NCBI GenBank assembly: GCA_015493635.1
Contig: WGCU01000079.1
Span: 23,674 to 87,673 of the forward strand
DNA: 64,000 bases
Reading direction: 5' to 3'
Source of the DNA: Spirochaetaceae bacterium
GTDB taxonomy: Bacteria; Spirochaetota; Spirochaetia; B11-G9
Shown here: one piece after another, positions 17,385 through 27,496 of the stretch
Numbering within the stretch: the stretch's first letter is position 1
Layout of the letters: every line of letters starts with the position of its first letter
Notes under the pieces: generated by a model
Database searches by the model: none
Seen by the model: only the letters and a program-made list of their open reading frames with translations
Told to the model about the DNA's origin: nothing
Made by a program: the position numbers and the translations under genes

Positions 17385-18803
17385 CTATTCTCCCATGATT
17401 TCTCTTTCTTCTTTTAACGTTTCTTCGGTTTTATATTGCCGTCCCCATCCGGTCAGGATAGCAAAGAGCATAACACCGAACAGCCCCATTCCATGGAAGA
17501 AGTAGGGCATTGCCTGTATGATATTAAAGCCGCTGCCAACAATACCAGTCGTCATGGCTATACCTAAGGTGAGCATTACACCGGGATTGTAAGGAACAAA
17601 CATAATGGTTCCTGTAGCCAGAGCATCCATAATATTTGCGTTTCGCTGCGGTGCCAGATTGTGGCGGTCACCAAGTTCTTTTGCAAGAGGTCCTATGGCA
17701 ACGATTGACCGTGCCGAACCGGCAGTAATAATATTTCCTACTATAGTCATGATAAAGATGGTAAGCTCTGCGTTTCGTACCTTCTTGGTAAAAGGGGAAA
17801 CCTTATCAAGAATGAGCTGAAAAAGTCCCGCTTTATCAAAGACTCCAACGAGACCAAGTAAAAGCATGGTGAACATTATGATAGGCAGCATACCGTTGAT
17901 TCCGCTGTAGATAACTCCACCGAATTTTTTGTGAACAACATCCGCAAAAAGGATACTTTTGGGCTTCATAAGTCCGAAGGCCAGACCAACTATCATACCA
18001 AAAGCATTCATCGTCATAAGAGCCGTTACCAGGTGTGTGCCTTTATACATAATATAGATAAGTACAATAGGTACAATAAGCATGATAAGACCTTTAGGAC
18101 CGGCAGACTTGGCCAGTACGGCAGCAGAAGAAACAGGGGTCTGCCTGAGAATTCCGAAGATAACAAACAGTATCATGGAAAATCCGGCGGCTACAAGAGC
18201 ATATTTCAACCGGGTCCGCACAACGGTTTTAATTTCGGCACCCTGGGTAAAAGCCGATGCAATGGTTGTGTCTGATATAGGAGCTATATTGTCTCCAAAG
18301 AAAGAGCCGCTTACCAGTGCTCCGATCATAACGAGGGGATCCCCGCCGAGTCCGACGCCAACAGGAAGCATAAGCGGTCCTATTGCCGCAATACTGCCTC
18401 CCGATGTACCGGTAGCGGTGGAAAAGAGTGCCGCAACAATAAAGGTTATAAGCGGCAGGAAAGCTCCTGATACCCCTGCATTTACACCCAGCCAGACAAG
18501 ACTGTCCACCAGACCTGTAGCACGGAGCAGTTTTCCCATGATTCCCGCAAGGATCCATGCCATGGTCATAACCGCAATCATCTTTCGGGACATACCGAAG
18601 AGAATAGCTTCGGAAGCCTCAGACGGCTTTTTTGCCAGAATAACAGCAACGAGCATTGCCGCAAGACAGGCAGCCCACAGTGTTTTGGTGTGGACCCACC
18701 CGGTAAGTACCAGGGCGAGAATTGCTCCTAAAAGTGTAAGGAGCGGTAAAAACGCTCCAAACATACCCATCCTGAATTCCAGTCGATTTGAACTGTTTCC
18801 CAT
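17385..18803 (-). CDS. NhaC-family Na+/H+ antiporter-type membrane transporter
   Basis: Polytopic. GDNIAPISDTT motif of the NhaC family. Start at ATG 18803 (AGGAGG RBS 5 nt upstream) rather than 18827. Confidence 0.8.
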   Translation of the reverse strand: MGNSSNRLEFRMGMFGAFLPLLTLLGAILALVLTGWVHTKTLWAACLAAMLVAVILAKKPSEASEAILFGMSRKMIAVMTMAWILAGIMGKLLRATGLVDSLVWLGVNAGVSGAFLPLITFIVAALFSTATGTSGGSIAAIGPLMLPVGVGLGGDPLVMIGALVSGSFFGDNIAPISDTTIASAFTQGAEIKTVVRTRLKYALVAAGFSMILFVIFGILRQTPVSSAAVLAKSAGPKGLIMLIVPIVLIYIMYKGTHLVTALMTMNAFGMIVGLAFGLMKPKSILFADVVHKKFGGVIYSGINGMLPIIMFTMLLLGLVGVFDKAGLFQLILDKVSPFTKKVRNAELTIFIMTIVGNIITAGSARSIVAIGPLAKELGDRHNLAPQRNANIMDALATGTIMFVPYNPGVMLTLGIAMTTGIVGSGFNIIQAMPYFFHGMGLFGVMLFAILTGWGRQYKTEETLKEEREIMGE

Positions 18804-18936
18804 TTCTTCCTCCTTGGAATGATACATATATGTGGATATATGTATAACTAAAAATTCGAAAATATAAATATTGACAAATAGATACTATCATAGTACCCTG
18901 AATAAAGCAAGTTTTTTTTACTGAGGGTACTTATTA

Positions 18937-19689
18937 ATGATATATTTTTGGGCCGGAATAATTACACTGCCGCTCACCGCTTTACTCTCCATTACCGGTG
19001 TAGGTGCTGCCTTCATTCTCATTCCGGTTTTTATTGCTCTCGGTGTTGAGCTTCACGAGTCAATGGCGGTTGCTCTGCTGCTGAACTCACTTTCCATGAT
19101 TTCCGCATCCTTCAGGTATGCCAAAAAGAAACTTATACTTTGGCGGATTGGAATTCCCCTGGTTATAACAAGTATAATAGGAGCACCAATTGGAGCACGC
19201 TTCAGCTATTCAGTAAACAACGAACTCCTGAGAATCTGCTTTATAGGTTTTCTGCTGTTTGCAGCCGGAATGATGTTTTTCTACCGTTCAGCCAGGCATC
19301 AGAAAGGGGAGGTTACCAGCCTGTCTCTGAAAGCTACGCTCCTAAGCGGTGCTTCAGGGCTTGTTATTGGTTTTATCGGAGGCCTTCTCGGTGTCGGAGG
19401 GGGAAATATAATTTTGCCCATCCTTATAGCTTTAGGGATTGAGCCTAAAGAGGCAGTTGCCACAACCGCTTTTATCGTTATCTTTTCTTCCCTGTCCGGA
19501 TTTATCAGCCATCTTGAATTCGGTAATCTGGACATGCTGTTTGTAGCTGTAACGGCAGGAGCTTCGGTTGCAGGTGCCGTAATAGGTTCCTGGCTGATGA
19601 CCGATAAATTAAATCCGAACATGATTAAAAAGATACTTGCAGTAATTCTTATTGCTGTAGCTGTCAAGATGCTTATCAGTATTATATAA
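18937..19689 (+). CDS. TauE/SafE (TSUP) family sulfite/anion exporter
   Basis: 250 aa. 4+4 TM halves with the repeated GxGGG motifs typical of TSUP. Confidence 0.8.
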   Translation: MIYFWAGIITLPLTALLSITGVGAAFILIPVFIALGVELHESMAVALLLNSLSMISASFRYAKKKLILWRIGIPLVITSIIGAPIGARFSYSVNNELLRICFIGFLLFAAGMMFFYRSARHQKGEVTSLSLKATLLSGASGLVIGFIGGLLGVGGGNIILPILIALGIEPKEAVATTAFIVIFSSLSGFISHLEFGNLDMLFVAVTAGASVAGAVIGSWLMTDKLNPNMIKKILAVILIAVAVKMLISII

Positions 19690-19707
19690 AAGGGAGATGA
19701 ACTGAAA

Positions 19708-20901
19708 ATGGAAAATGAAAAGATTGAAAAAATAAGAAAAGAACTTCCCGCGGTCAACAGCTGTCATTATCTTAATACAGGCACCAACGGGCCTCTTTGC
19801 CGCAGGACAGCGGAAGTAATGAAAAGCGAAGAAGAGAAGGAATTTCTTAAAGGCAGGTATCTGCCGTTTCTTTCAGAGCTGTACGCGGATATGGATGAAA
19901 CAAGAAAATTGGTGGCTGAGTTTATCGGTGCGGATTATGAGGAGGTGGCACTTACCCATACCGCTACGGAGGGAATGAACCTTATTCTGTGGGGCCTCAA
20001 CTGGCAGCCCGGAGATGAGGTAATTACAACAAACCAGGAGCATGTGGCAAGTCTTGCCCCGCTGTCTTTGATAAAAAACAAGTATGGCATAAATATAAAA
20101 TATCTCCAAGTACCCTATGGTAATGACTATGATGAGCAGGATCTTCTTGATAATTTTAAGAAGTACATTACTCCGAGAACCAGGCTTCTTGTGGTAACCC
20201 ATGTCTCCTTCTCTACGGGTATTACGTTTCCCTTGAAAAAACTCGCACAGATCTGCCACGAGAATAACATGTACATTCTGGTTGACGGGGCTCAGGGTGC
20301 CGGGGTTGCTTCTCTGGATGTTCACGACTTTGATATTGACTTTTATTCCATAGCAGGAAGAAAATGGCTTTTAGGACCGGAAGGAATTGCCGCTCTTTAT
20401 GTTGCCAGGCGCCGGATATCCGAGGTGGATCCCACCTTTGTAAGTCCTTCTTCAATTAGGGACAGGCATGATCTGGATATTGCGTCTCCTTATATTATTC
20501 CTGCTCCCTATGCGGCACGGTTCCAGACAGCAACATCGATAAACAGACCCATTCTGCTGGGATTCAAGGAGGCACTTCTTTTCCTCCTTCGGGATGTGGG
20601 GAAGGAGTGGATGTTAAACCGGATAGCTGAGCTGGTTGTATATCTCAGAGACAAACTGGAGGTAATTCCGGGAATAACCCTTATTACCCCCAAAGGTAAA
20701 GAGGCCGGATTTATCCACTTTCTTATTGATGGATGGGAGCCTGATGAGTTCTGTTCTGTTATGAATAGTAAAAATTACATGATTCGTCCGGTTCCGAAGC
20801 AGCATCTGCCTGCACCGGCAAGGGTATCGGTCGGATTTTACAATACTAAAGAGGAACTGGACGGGCTGGTGGAGGTTATTAAAGATATTTTAAAGGACTG
20901 A
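19708..20901 (+). CDS. Class V aminotransferase (cysteine desulfurase / SufS-like PLP enzyme)
   Basis: Aminotran_5 pattern including the PLP-lysine region ...SIAGRKWLLGPEG... Confidence 0.8.
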   Translation: MENEKIEKIRKELPAVNSCHYLNTGTNGPLCRRTAEVMKSEEEKEFLKGRYLPFLSELYADMDETRKLVAEFIGADYEEVALTHTATEGMNLILWGLNWQPGDEVITTNQEHVASLAPLSLIKNKYGINIKYLQVPYGNDYDEQDLLDNFKKYITPRTRLLVVTHVSFSTGITFPLKKLAQICHENNMYILVDGAQGAGVASLDVHDFDIDFYSIAGRKWLLGPEGIAALYVARRRISEVDPTFVSPSSIRDRHDLDIASPYIIPAPYAARFQTATSINRPILLGFKEALLFLLRDVGKEWMLNRIAELVVYLRDKLEVIPGITLITPKGKEAGFIHFLIDGWEPDEFCSVMNSKNYMIRPVPKQHLPAPARVSVGFYNTKEELDGLVEVIKDILKD

Positions 20902-20959
20902 TTTTTTAATGACATAACCCGGGTTGTATGGTAGAATATTCTTTTTACAAGGATTTGGT

Positions 20960-21283
20960 ATGGCAAACGATGACAGAACTAAAAACGATCTGAGGGCAAA
21001 TATTCTGAAAGCACTGGCTAATCTGACCCGGGTTTGTATAATCGAGCATCTTCAGGACAGCCCTTACAACGTAACCGAATTATCCCGTCTTCTTAAAGAA
21101 TCCAGTTCTATAACATCCAGGCATCTGAATGTATTGAAGAATGCAGGTCTTATTGAGCAGGAGAAGAGGGGCACGACGGTTATCTACTCACTGGCAAGTA
21201 AAGGAATTCCGGATATACTGGAGTCTGTAGATGAAGTAATAAAGATGAACTACGAGAAATACCGGGCTTTTTTCCCGCAGTAA
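20960..21283 (+). CDS. ArsR/SmtB family transcriptional regulator
   Basis: HTH LANLTRVCIIEHL...ELSRLL...SRHLNVLKNAGLI. AGGA RBS before ATG 20960. Confidence 0.8.
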   Translation: MANDDRTKNDLRANILKALANLTRVCIIEHLQDSPYNVTELSRLLKESSSITSRHLNVLKNAGLIEQEKRGTTVIYSLASKGIPDILESVDEVIKMNYEKYRAFFPQ

Positions 21284-21319
21284 AAAAGCAGGGGAAAAGG
21301 AAAAGGTTCCTATACATGG

Positions 21320-21350
21320 AAAAGGCTGCCGTGAAGGCAGCCTTTATATG
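21320..21350. terminator. Bidirectional rho-independent terminator
   Basis: AAGGCTGCC-gtga-AGGCAGCCTT hairpin, same stem family as 17334..17366. Confidence 0.65.
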
Positions 21351-21363
21351 TTTTACATTGATA

Positions 21364-22671
21364 TTATCTTATCCATTCGTACGTGCCGACTGCAATATCT
21401 CTCTTGTTCGATGCGTCTTCTTTCCATTCTGAAAGACTTCCCTTTCCGAATTGATCAGCTTCTTTAAAGAGTACCTTTCCCGGTGTTATACAGTCATAGA
21501 CAGGGCATACCTGAAGGCAGAGCTGGCATCCCACGCAGGTGTCTTCCATGATGGTCGGCTTCCTCTTTTCGTTGTCCCATTCAATAGCTTGATGTGCTCC
21601 GTCCATACAGGATACGTAGCAACGTGCGCACCCGACGCACTTGTCATAATCAATCTGGGGAAGAACCTTGAAATCTCTTTCGAGATCGTCTGCCGGAATA
21701 ATATTTTTAAGGGCTATACCTACAAAATCTTCCAGTTTATCAAATCCCTTTTCAGCGAGATAGATGGAAAGGCCGCTTATCATGTCTTCCACTATTCTGT
21801 AGCCATACTGCATTATAGAAGTAGTAAACTGGACATTGCTTGCTCCGACCATGAGGAATTCGGCTGCGTCTTCCCACGTTTCGATTCCGCCGATGCCGCT
21901 TAACGGGATTCCTTGAAGGTTCATGTCCTGGGCAAGGTTCGTAATAAATCTGAGAGCAATAGGTTTTGCCGCCTTGCCTGATAATCCTGAAATAGATGAC
22001 TTTCCGTTTACTACGGGAAGTGAGGTGTACTTGTCAAAGTCAAGACCTGTTATTGCCTTGATGGTATTTACCGTGGAAATAGCCTGGGCACCTGCCTTGA
22101 TGGCAGCTTCTGCAGGGGGTTCCATCTTTTCAATATTGGGTGTCATCTTGGCAATAAGCGGAAGGTTCGATCCTCTCCGGGCCGCCTTTACATACGTATC
22201 AATGAGATCAAGATTGGCTCCTACATCCGAGCCCATACCTTCATAGGTCATTTGCGGACATGAAAAGTTAAGTTCGATCATGTCCACACCGGTGGCGGTT
22301 ACATCCTTTGCCATCTGTTCCCAGTCATCCTCATCCATTCCCATAATGGAGCCTATAATGAGTTTATTTGGATAATCTTCTTTGAGTTTTTTCATCATAT
22401 CCAGATTATCCTGGTACGGTTTGTCCGATGTCTGCTCCATATTTTTAAAGCTGATAAACGGTGTCGCCTCTTTCCTCTGAGCATCAAACCGGGGTGAGCA
22501 TTCTTCCGGAATGGTGGTCGTTAATGTTTTATAAAAGACTCCGCCGCCTCCTGCTTCCAGAAATCTGGAACACATATCATAGCTGCTGCTGACAGGAGAG
22601 GATGAGAGGAAAAAAGGGTTTTCACATTTAAAACCCAGAAAGTCAATTGAAAGATCTGCATGTTTTGCCAT
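21364..22671 (-). CDS. preA: NAD-dependent dihydropyrimidine dehydrogenase subunit PreA (DHOD-like TIM barrel plus two [4Fe-4S] motifs)
   Basis: 435 aa. DHO_dh fold with C-terminal CVGCARCYVSC...CVGCQLCLQVCP ferredoxin motifs. Confidence 0.85.
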   Translation of the reverse strand: MAKHADLSIDFLGFKCENPFFLSSSPVSSSYDMCSRFLEAGGGGVFYKTLTTTIPEECSPRFDAQRKEATPFISFKNMEQTSDKPYQDNLDMMKKLKEDYPNKLIIGSIMGMDEDDWEQMAKDVTATGVDMIELNFSCPQMTYEGMGSDVGANLDLIDTYVKAARRGSNLPLIAKMTPNIEKMEPPAEAAIKAGAQAISTVNTIKAITGLDFDKYTSLPVVNGKSSISGLSGKAAKPIALRFITNLAQDMNLQGIPLSGIGGIETWEDAAEFLMVGASNVQFTTSIMQYGYRIVEDMISGLSIYLAEKGFDKLEDFVGIALKNIIPADDLERDFKVLPQIDYDKCVGCARCYVSCMDGAHQAIEWDNEKRKPTIMEDTCVGCQLCLQVCPVYDCITPGKVLFKEADQFGKGSLSEWKEDASNKRDIAVGTYEWIR

Positions 22672-23993
22672 TACTGTTTTCCCCCTTTGGTGAGATATTC
22701 ATCAATACTTTCGGCTGCAATTTTTCCACCCTGAACCGAGTGTACAACGGTTTTTGTAGAGCCAGAAGCAACATCTCCCGCAACGAAGATACCCGGAATA
22801 CTTGTTTTCCCTTTATCTCCGGTGACAACAAATCCCCGTTTATCAAGACCAATTCCTGCAGCAACTTTGGTTATGTCCTCCGGTTTTTGGCCGATGGCAA
22901 AGATAACCTTGTCCGCTTCTATCTGTAATAAAGAATTGTCCCGTGTTCCAACTGCTTTAACTGCAATCAGTTTTCCCTTTTCACCAACAAACTCCTGAGG
23001 GGAGAAGGTATACAGGAAATTAATTCCCAGTGACTCGCAATGGGTAAGTTCCAGCCTGTTTGCGGGAGCCTCTTCCCTCGTTCTCCGGTAGAGAACGGTA
23101 ACCTTTTCGGCATCCAGGAGCCGCGCTGTTGTCGCGCAGTCAAGAGCTACATCTCCGCCTCCGATGACAACCACATGTCTGCCAATATCCGCTTTGCCGT
23201 TGCCGGATCGTGCGGAAGCAAGGTAATCAAGCGCCGTTGTTACTCCATCAAGATCACTTCCCGGTACGTCAAAAACAGCAGAAACCTGCATTCCTGCTCC
23301 AATAAAGAATGCTTTGAACCCCTGCTCTTTCAATGCGTCAAGAGTAACATCCCTGCCGACTTTTACGTTTACCTTTATTTCCACCCCTAGATCGGTAACA
23401 TGTTCAATTTCCTCGTCAACAACATACTGGGGAAGCCGTGACGGTACAATACCATAGGAAAGAACACCGCCTGCTTTTTCCTTTTCTTCAAAAATGGTAA
23501 CCTTGTATCCTTTCATTGCCAGGGTTGCCGCCGCGGAAAGGGACGCGGGACCGGATCCGATCATGGCTATCTTTTCTTTTGTTGCCGGAGGCGGATCAAG
23601 GGCCTGAAAGTTCGTTGTTTTTTCCAGATCGGTAACAAACCGCTGTAGACGGCCGATATGAATGGGGTGATCTATGCCTGACCGTGCGCATGCCTCTTCA
23701 CAGGTTTTTTCGTACGGACAGACCCGGGCGCATACACCCCCGAGGATATTGTTTGACCGAATTATCTCAGCTGCACCTTTAAAGTTTTTAAATCTAATTG
23801 CACGTATAAAATCGCCGGGGTTTGTCCCTGCGGGGCACCCTTCACTGCAGAGAGGATTGTAGCATAAAAGACATCTTGATGCTTCCTCCATTGCCATAAA
23901 AGGAGTATAAGGGGGTACTGTTTCTTCCATGTAGCCTTGTTCGGGCTTTAAAACAATACCTTCTTTTACTCCAACACTGATAGAACTACTCAC
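22671..23993 (-). CDS. preT: NAD-dependent dihydropyrimidine dehydrogenase subunit PreT (GltD-like FAD/NAD(P) and FeS)
   Basis: 440 aa. Cys cluster ...CLLCYNPLCSEGCPAG..., GSGPASLSAA dinucleotide motif. Overlaps the preA start. Confidence 0.85.
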   Translation of the reverse strand: MSSSISVGVKEGIVLKPEQGYMEETVPPYTPFMAMEEASRCLLCYNPLCSEGCPAGTNPGDFIRAIRFKNFKGAAEIIRSNNILGGVCARVCPYEKTCEEACARSGIDHPIHIGRLQRFVTDLEKTTNFQALDPPPATKEKIAMIGSGPASLSAAATLAMKGYKVTIFEEKEKAGGVLSYGIVPSRLPQYVVDEEIEHVTDLGVEIKVNVKVGRDVTLDALKEQGFKAFFIGAGMQVSAVFDVPGSDLDGVTTALDYLASARSGNGKADIGRHVVVIGGGDVALDCATTARLLDAEKVTVLYRRTREEAPANRLELTHCESLGINFLYTFSPQEFVGEKGKLIAVKAVGTRDNSLLQIEADKVIFAIGQKPEDITKVAAGIGLDKRGFVVTGDKGKTSIPGIFVAGDVASGSTKTVVHSVQGGKIAAESIDEYLTKGGKQ

Positions 23994-24038
23994 AATGTTC
24001 CTCCTTCGATAACATAATTACGTATATTGTGAGAAACC

Positions 24039-24067
24039 ATTATACTCCCTTAGGTTTTGCAAGTCAA
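24039..24067 (-). promoter_or_regulatory. sigma70 promoter of the preT-preA operon
   Basis: Minus strand TTGACT (24067..24062), 17 nt spacer, TATAAT (24044..24039). About 45 nt leader to the preT ATG. Confidence 0.6.
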
Positions 24068-24200
24068 AGAAATTAATTCCTCTGGCAGGGTTATATCAGC
24101 GTTAAATTTGTGTTCAGGCCAAAAGAGGAAACGTACAAAGATTGACATCCGGTCAAGAGCACGTGATAGGATGAGATACTTTCAAGAACAGGGGGATAAG

Positions 24201-25448
24201 ATGGATTTTAATAATCTGCGGATCAACGGAAAACGTCTCAGGGAAACTATTGAAACTTCTGCCGGGATTGGTGCGACACCGAATAAAGGTCTTATACGGT
24301 GTGCGGCCACACCGGAAGATAAAATAGGCAGAGATCTGCTTTTAAAATGGTATAAAGAAGCGGGGTGTGAAGTTACCATTGATGAAATGGGAAATATGTT
24401 CGCTGTCCGTCCGGGGAAAAACCGGGAATTAGGCGCAGTGTTGACTGGATCCCATTTTGATACCCAGAAACCCGGAGGGCGGTTTGACGGTATTTTGGGT
24501 GTTCTGGGAGCTCTGGAAGTTATGCGGACGATTCAGGAGAATAATATAGAACTTGAAAGGGATTTTATTATTACCAACTGGACCAATGAAGAAGGAGGCT
24601 GGTTTGCTCCCGCATGTATGGGCTCCGGTGTGTGGGCAGGAAATCATTCGAAAGAATGGGCCTATGAACGGAAAGACCGGGACGGGAAAACAGTGTTCGG
24701 TGAAGAGCTGGAGAAAATCGGGTACAAAGGGACTTTCCCCTGTTCGTATAAGGAGTGGAATATCTATGCCGCTTATGAACTTCATATAGAGCAGGGTCCC
24801 CAGCTGGAACAGGCAGGAATTCAAATCGGAGCCCCCAAAGGGATCCTCTGCCTTCACTGGTACGATGTGTATCTGGAGGGGACGGCAAATCAGGTGGGAC
24901 CGACACCGATGGTTGGGAGAAATGATGCCCTCCTTGCTGCCTCTGAAATGAATATTGTTGTTAATAAGGTTGCTCATCAGATGGGTAATATGGTTGGTAC
25001 TGTAGGGGAAATTCAAAATTACCCCAACTCCCGCAATATTATACCCAGTAAAGTCCATTTTACCGTGGATATAAGATCATGGGATGATGAGCATGCAGTA
25101 AAGGCATGGAAAATGATGAAAAAAGAGTTCGAGGTTATAGCTGAACGCCGGGGATGCCCCATCAGAACAGAAGAATTCTGGAAGGTTGCTCATGCCCCAT
25201 TTGATCAGGAGCTGAATGACCGTGTTGTAGAGAGCGCTGAAGCACTGGGCCTTTCAGCCATGAAGATGTATTCCGGAGCCGGACATGATATGAGTGAGGT
25301 GAACCAGGTGACGAGAGGAGCAATGATATTTGTTCCGTCAATTGACGGCAGAAGCCATGTTGAGGTTGAGGAAACACCATATGAGGATTGTGAAAATGGA
25401 GTAAACGTGCTGCTTCAATGTGTGCTGAAAACGGCTGACGAAGTATAG
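24201..25448 (+). CDS. M20-family N-carbamoyl-amino-acid / beta-ureidopropionate amidohydrolase (allantoate amidohydrolase family)
   Basis: About 415 aa from ATG 24201 (GGGGGA RBS). Metal-binding H..D...E..H pattern of Zn-dependent amidohydrolases. Confidence 0.85.
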   Translation: MDFNNLRINGKRLRETIETSAGIGATPNKGLIRCAATPEDKIGRDLLLKWYKEAGCEVTIDEMGNMFAVRPGKNRELGAVLTGSHFDTQKPGGRFDGILGVLGALEVMRTIQENNIELERDFIITNWTNEEGGWFAPACMGSGVWAGNHSKEWAYERKDRDGKTVFGEELEKIGYKGTFPCSYKEWNIYAAYELHIEQGPQLEQAGIQIGAPKGILCLHWYDVYLEGTANQVGPTPMVGRNDALLAASEMNIVVNKVAHQMGNMVGTVGEIQNYPNSRNIIPSKVHFTVDIRSWDDEHAVKAWKMMKKEFEVIAERRGCPIRTEEFWKVAHAPFDQELNDRVVESAEALGLSAMKMYSGAGHDMSEVNQVTRGAMIFVPSIDGRSHVEVEETPYEDCENGVNVLLQCVLKTADEV

Positions 25449-25461
25449 CCGCCGGTTTCAC

Positions 25462-26361
25462 TTATGGCGTCTGCTGTGGTCTGTCCGGTACTGCTGCAGC
25501 TGGTCTTTTTTGTATTATAAAGACCGAAAGGATAACGGTGAACACACCTATAAGTGTTGGAATCCCCGGCCGTTCACCGAGAAAGAGAAATGCAAGAGCA
25601 AGCCCGAATACGGGAATAAGCATCTTGTAGGATGTAGCGGAAGTTACAGGCATCCGGACAAGTGCCCGGTTAAATGCAAGGTAGGTAAGTGATGTCCCGA
25701 TAACACCGAGGTAAAGGATCATTATGATGGAAAAAGGGGGAAGTGATAAAATCTGAAACGGATTCTGTTTTCTTACTGTATTGATAATGAGAATGAATGT
25801 CGTTCCTGAAACCATGGAAATCCAGGTCGGGATAAGACTTCCGTACCGGACTGCGAATTTCTTGATAAGAATGCTGTAGAGACTGAGAGAGAAAGAGGCT
25901 CCGAGGAGCAGCAAATTTCCGAGAACAGCCGGACCGCCGAGAGCAAGTGCCCGGAAATTGCCGTTTGTTACAACAAGAGCGACACCAAGGATCCCTATAA
26001 GAATACCGGATATTTTTTTTCCTGAAAGAACCTCTGCAATCAGCAGGGGGCCGAGGATTGCGGTAAAAATAGGCTGTGTGTTTGTCAGGAGTGCTCCGTT
26101 TGCCGCAGTAGAGAGTTTTATGCCGTAAAACAATCCGGCGGAGAAAAGGGTAATGCCAATAATGCCAAGGAGTGAGATAGAAAGGACTTCCCTTCCTGTG
26201 AGAGGTTTCTGCTGCCGGTTTAATTCCTTGATGAAGAAAGGTGTTAACGGTATGAAACCAAGGAAGTAGCGGTAGAATGAAAGGACAAGGGGGTCAATAT
26301 CGGTAACGACATATTTGATAATAGGGTAGAAGGTAGACCAGATAAGCATAACGCCCACCAT
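25462..26361 (-). CDS. DMT superfamily (EamA) transporter
   Basis: 299 aa, 10 TM, two EamA repeats. Confidence 0.8.
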   Translation of the reverse strand: MVGVMLIWSTFYPIIKYVVTDIDPLVLSFYRYFLGFIPLTPFFIKELNRQQKPLTGREVLSISLLGIIGITLFSAGLFYGIKLSTAANGALLTNTQPIFTAILGPLLIAEVLSGKKISGILIGILGVALVVTNGNFRALALGGPAVLGNLLLLGASFSLSLYSILIKKFAVRYGSLIPTWISMVSGTTFILIINTVRKQNPFQILSLPPFSIIMILYLGVIGTSLTYLAFNRALVRMPVTSATSYKMLIPVFGLALAFLFLGERPGIPTLIGVFTVILSVFIIQKRPAAAVPDRPQQTP

Positions 26362-26487
26362 GACGGCCGGCCAAAAAAGGTTTCTATTCTGCAGGGGGGT
26401 TCTCCTCTATACGTGTTCCGTTTACTCTACCTCCATAATGCCCAGGCGTCAAGGAAATAACGGAACGCTGTTTCATAATTTTTTTTC

Positions 26488-26517
26488 TTGACAGATGAGA
26501 AAAACTGAAGCTATAAT
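26488..26517 (+). promoter_or_regulatory. sigma70 promoter for the CN-hydrolase and permease genes
   Basis: TTGACA (26488-26493), 18 nt spacer, TATAAT (26512-26517). Confidence 0.6.
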
Positions 26518-26556
26518 TACTTTTTGTTACAATTTTATAAATTTAAGGAGAGATAA

Positions 26557-27420
26557 ATGTCCAGAATTGTTAAATGCGCTCACATTCAGGCTTCCAACCC
26601 GAAACATGATGGCACGGTAGCTGAAATAAAAGAGGCAATGATCCAGAAACATATACCCCTCATTGAGGATGCGGGGAAGAAGGGTGTGCAGATACTGTGT
26701 CTCCAGGAAATATTCTACGGACCGTACTTTTGCGCGGAACAGGATGTTAAGTGGTATCAGTCTGCGGAACCTGTACCCGGACCGACAACAAACCGGATGG
26801 CGGAGTATGCCAAGAAGTACAATATGGTAATGGTTGTACCGGTTTATGAAGAGGCTCAGGCCGGTGTTTACTACAACACGGCAGCGGTTATTGATGCCGA
26901 CGGAACGTATCTTGGAAAAATGAGAAAGATTCAGATTCCTCATACCTGGCCGGGATTCTGGGAGAAGTTTTATTTCAAACCCGGTAATCTGGGCTTTCCG
27001 GTATTTCAGACAGCCTATGCAAAAATCGGCGTTTTTATCTGCTATGACAGGCATTTCCCTGAATCAGCCCGATGCCTGGCACTGAACGGAGCTGAAATTC
27101 TCTTTAATCCGTCTGCAACAACAAAGGGAAAGTCCCAGTATCTGTGGGAACTTGAACAACCTGCTTCCGCTGTTGCGAATGGTGTATTTATCGGTGCAAA
27201 CAACAGGGTAGGCCTTGAAAAACCATGGGAGTTCGGTGAGTTTTACGGTTCAAGTTATTTTGTTGATCCCCGAGGTAAGATACTGGTTAAGGGTTCAGAG
27301 GATAAAACCGAACTGGTAGTAGCTGATCTCGATCTTGATGTTATCCGGGAAGTACGGGATGGATGGCAGTTCTTTAGAGACAGACGGCCTGAAATGTACG
27401 GCGAGATCTGCAAAGCATAA
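26557..27420 (+). CDS. Carbon-nitrogen hydrolase (nitrilase superfamily), putative beta-ureidopropionase / N-carbamoyl amidase
   Basis: 287 aa with an E...K...C catalytic triad context (…ILCLQEIF…, …CYDRHFPE…). Confidence 0.8.
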   Translation: MSRIVKCAHIQASNPKHDGTVAEIKEAMIQKHIPLIEDAGKKGVQILCLQEIFYGPYFCAEQDVKWYQSAEPVPGPTTNRMAEYAKKYNMVMVVPVYEEAQAGVYYNTAAVIDADGTYLGKMRKIQIPHTWPGFWEKFYFKPGNLGFPVFQTAYAKIGVFICYDRHFPESARCLALNGAEILFNPSATTKGKSQYLWELEQPASAVANGVFIGANNRVGLEKPWEFGEFYGSSYFVDPRGKILVKGSEDKTELVVADLDLDVIREVRDGWQFFRDRRPEMYGEICKA

Positions 27421-27496
27421 TTTTTTAGCGCATACTTAAGACAGCAGCGGGTGTGTTACATGGAAGCTGCTGCTTAATAAAAATAACGGAGGAAAT

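Noticed and set aside
18082-18822. 246-aa plus-strand ORF antisense to the NhaC transporter gene
   Set aside because: GC-skewed antisense frame of a membrane protein gene (Ala/Pro/Ser/Arg-rich). No start signals.
24141-24171. Possible sigma70 promoter TTGACA-19-TAGGAT ahead of the M20 amidohydrolase
   Set aside because: The spacer is 19 nt and the -10 is poor. Transcription may instead come from a different start. Left unannotated as a feature.
24057-24200. 48-aa N-terminal extension of the M20 amidohydrolase
   Set aside because: Arg/Lys-rich and non-homologous. It overlaps the divergent preT promoter. ATG 24201 has a GGGGGA RBS and gives the family-typical ~415 aa.
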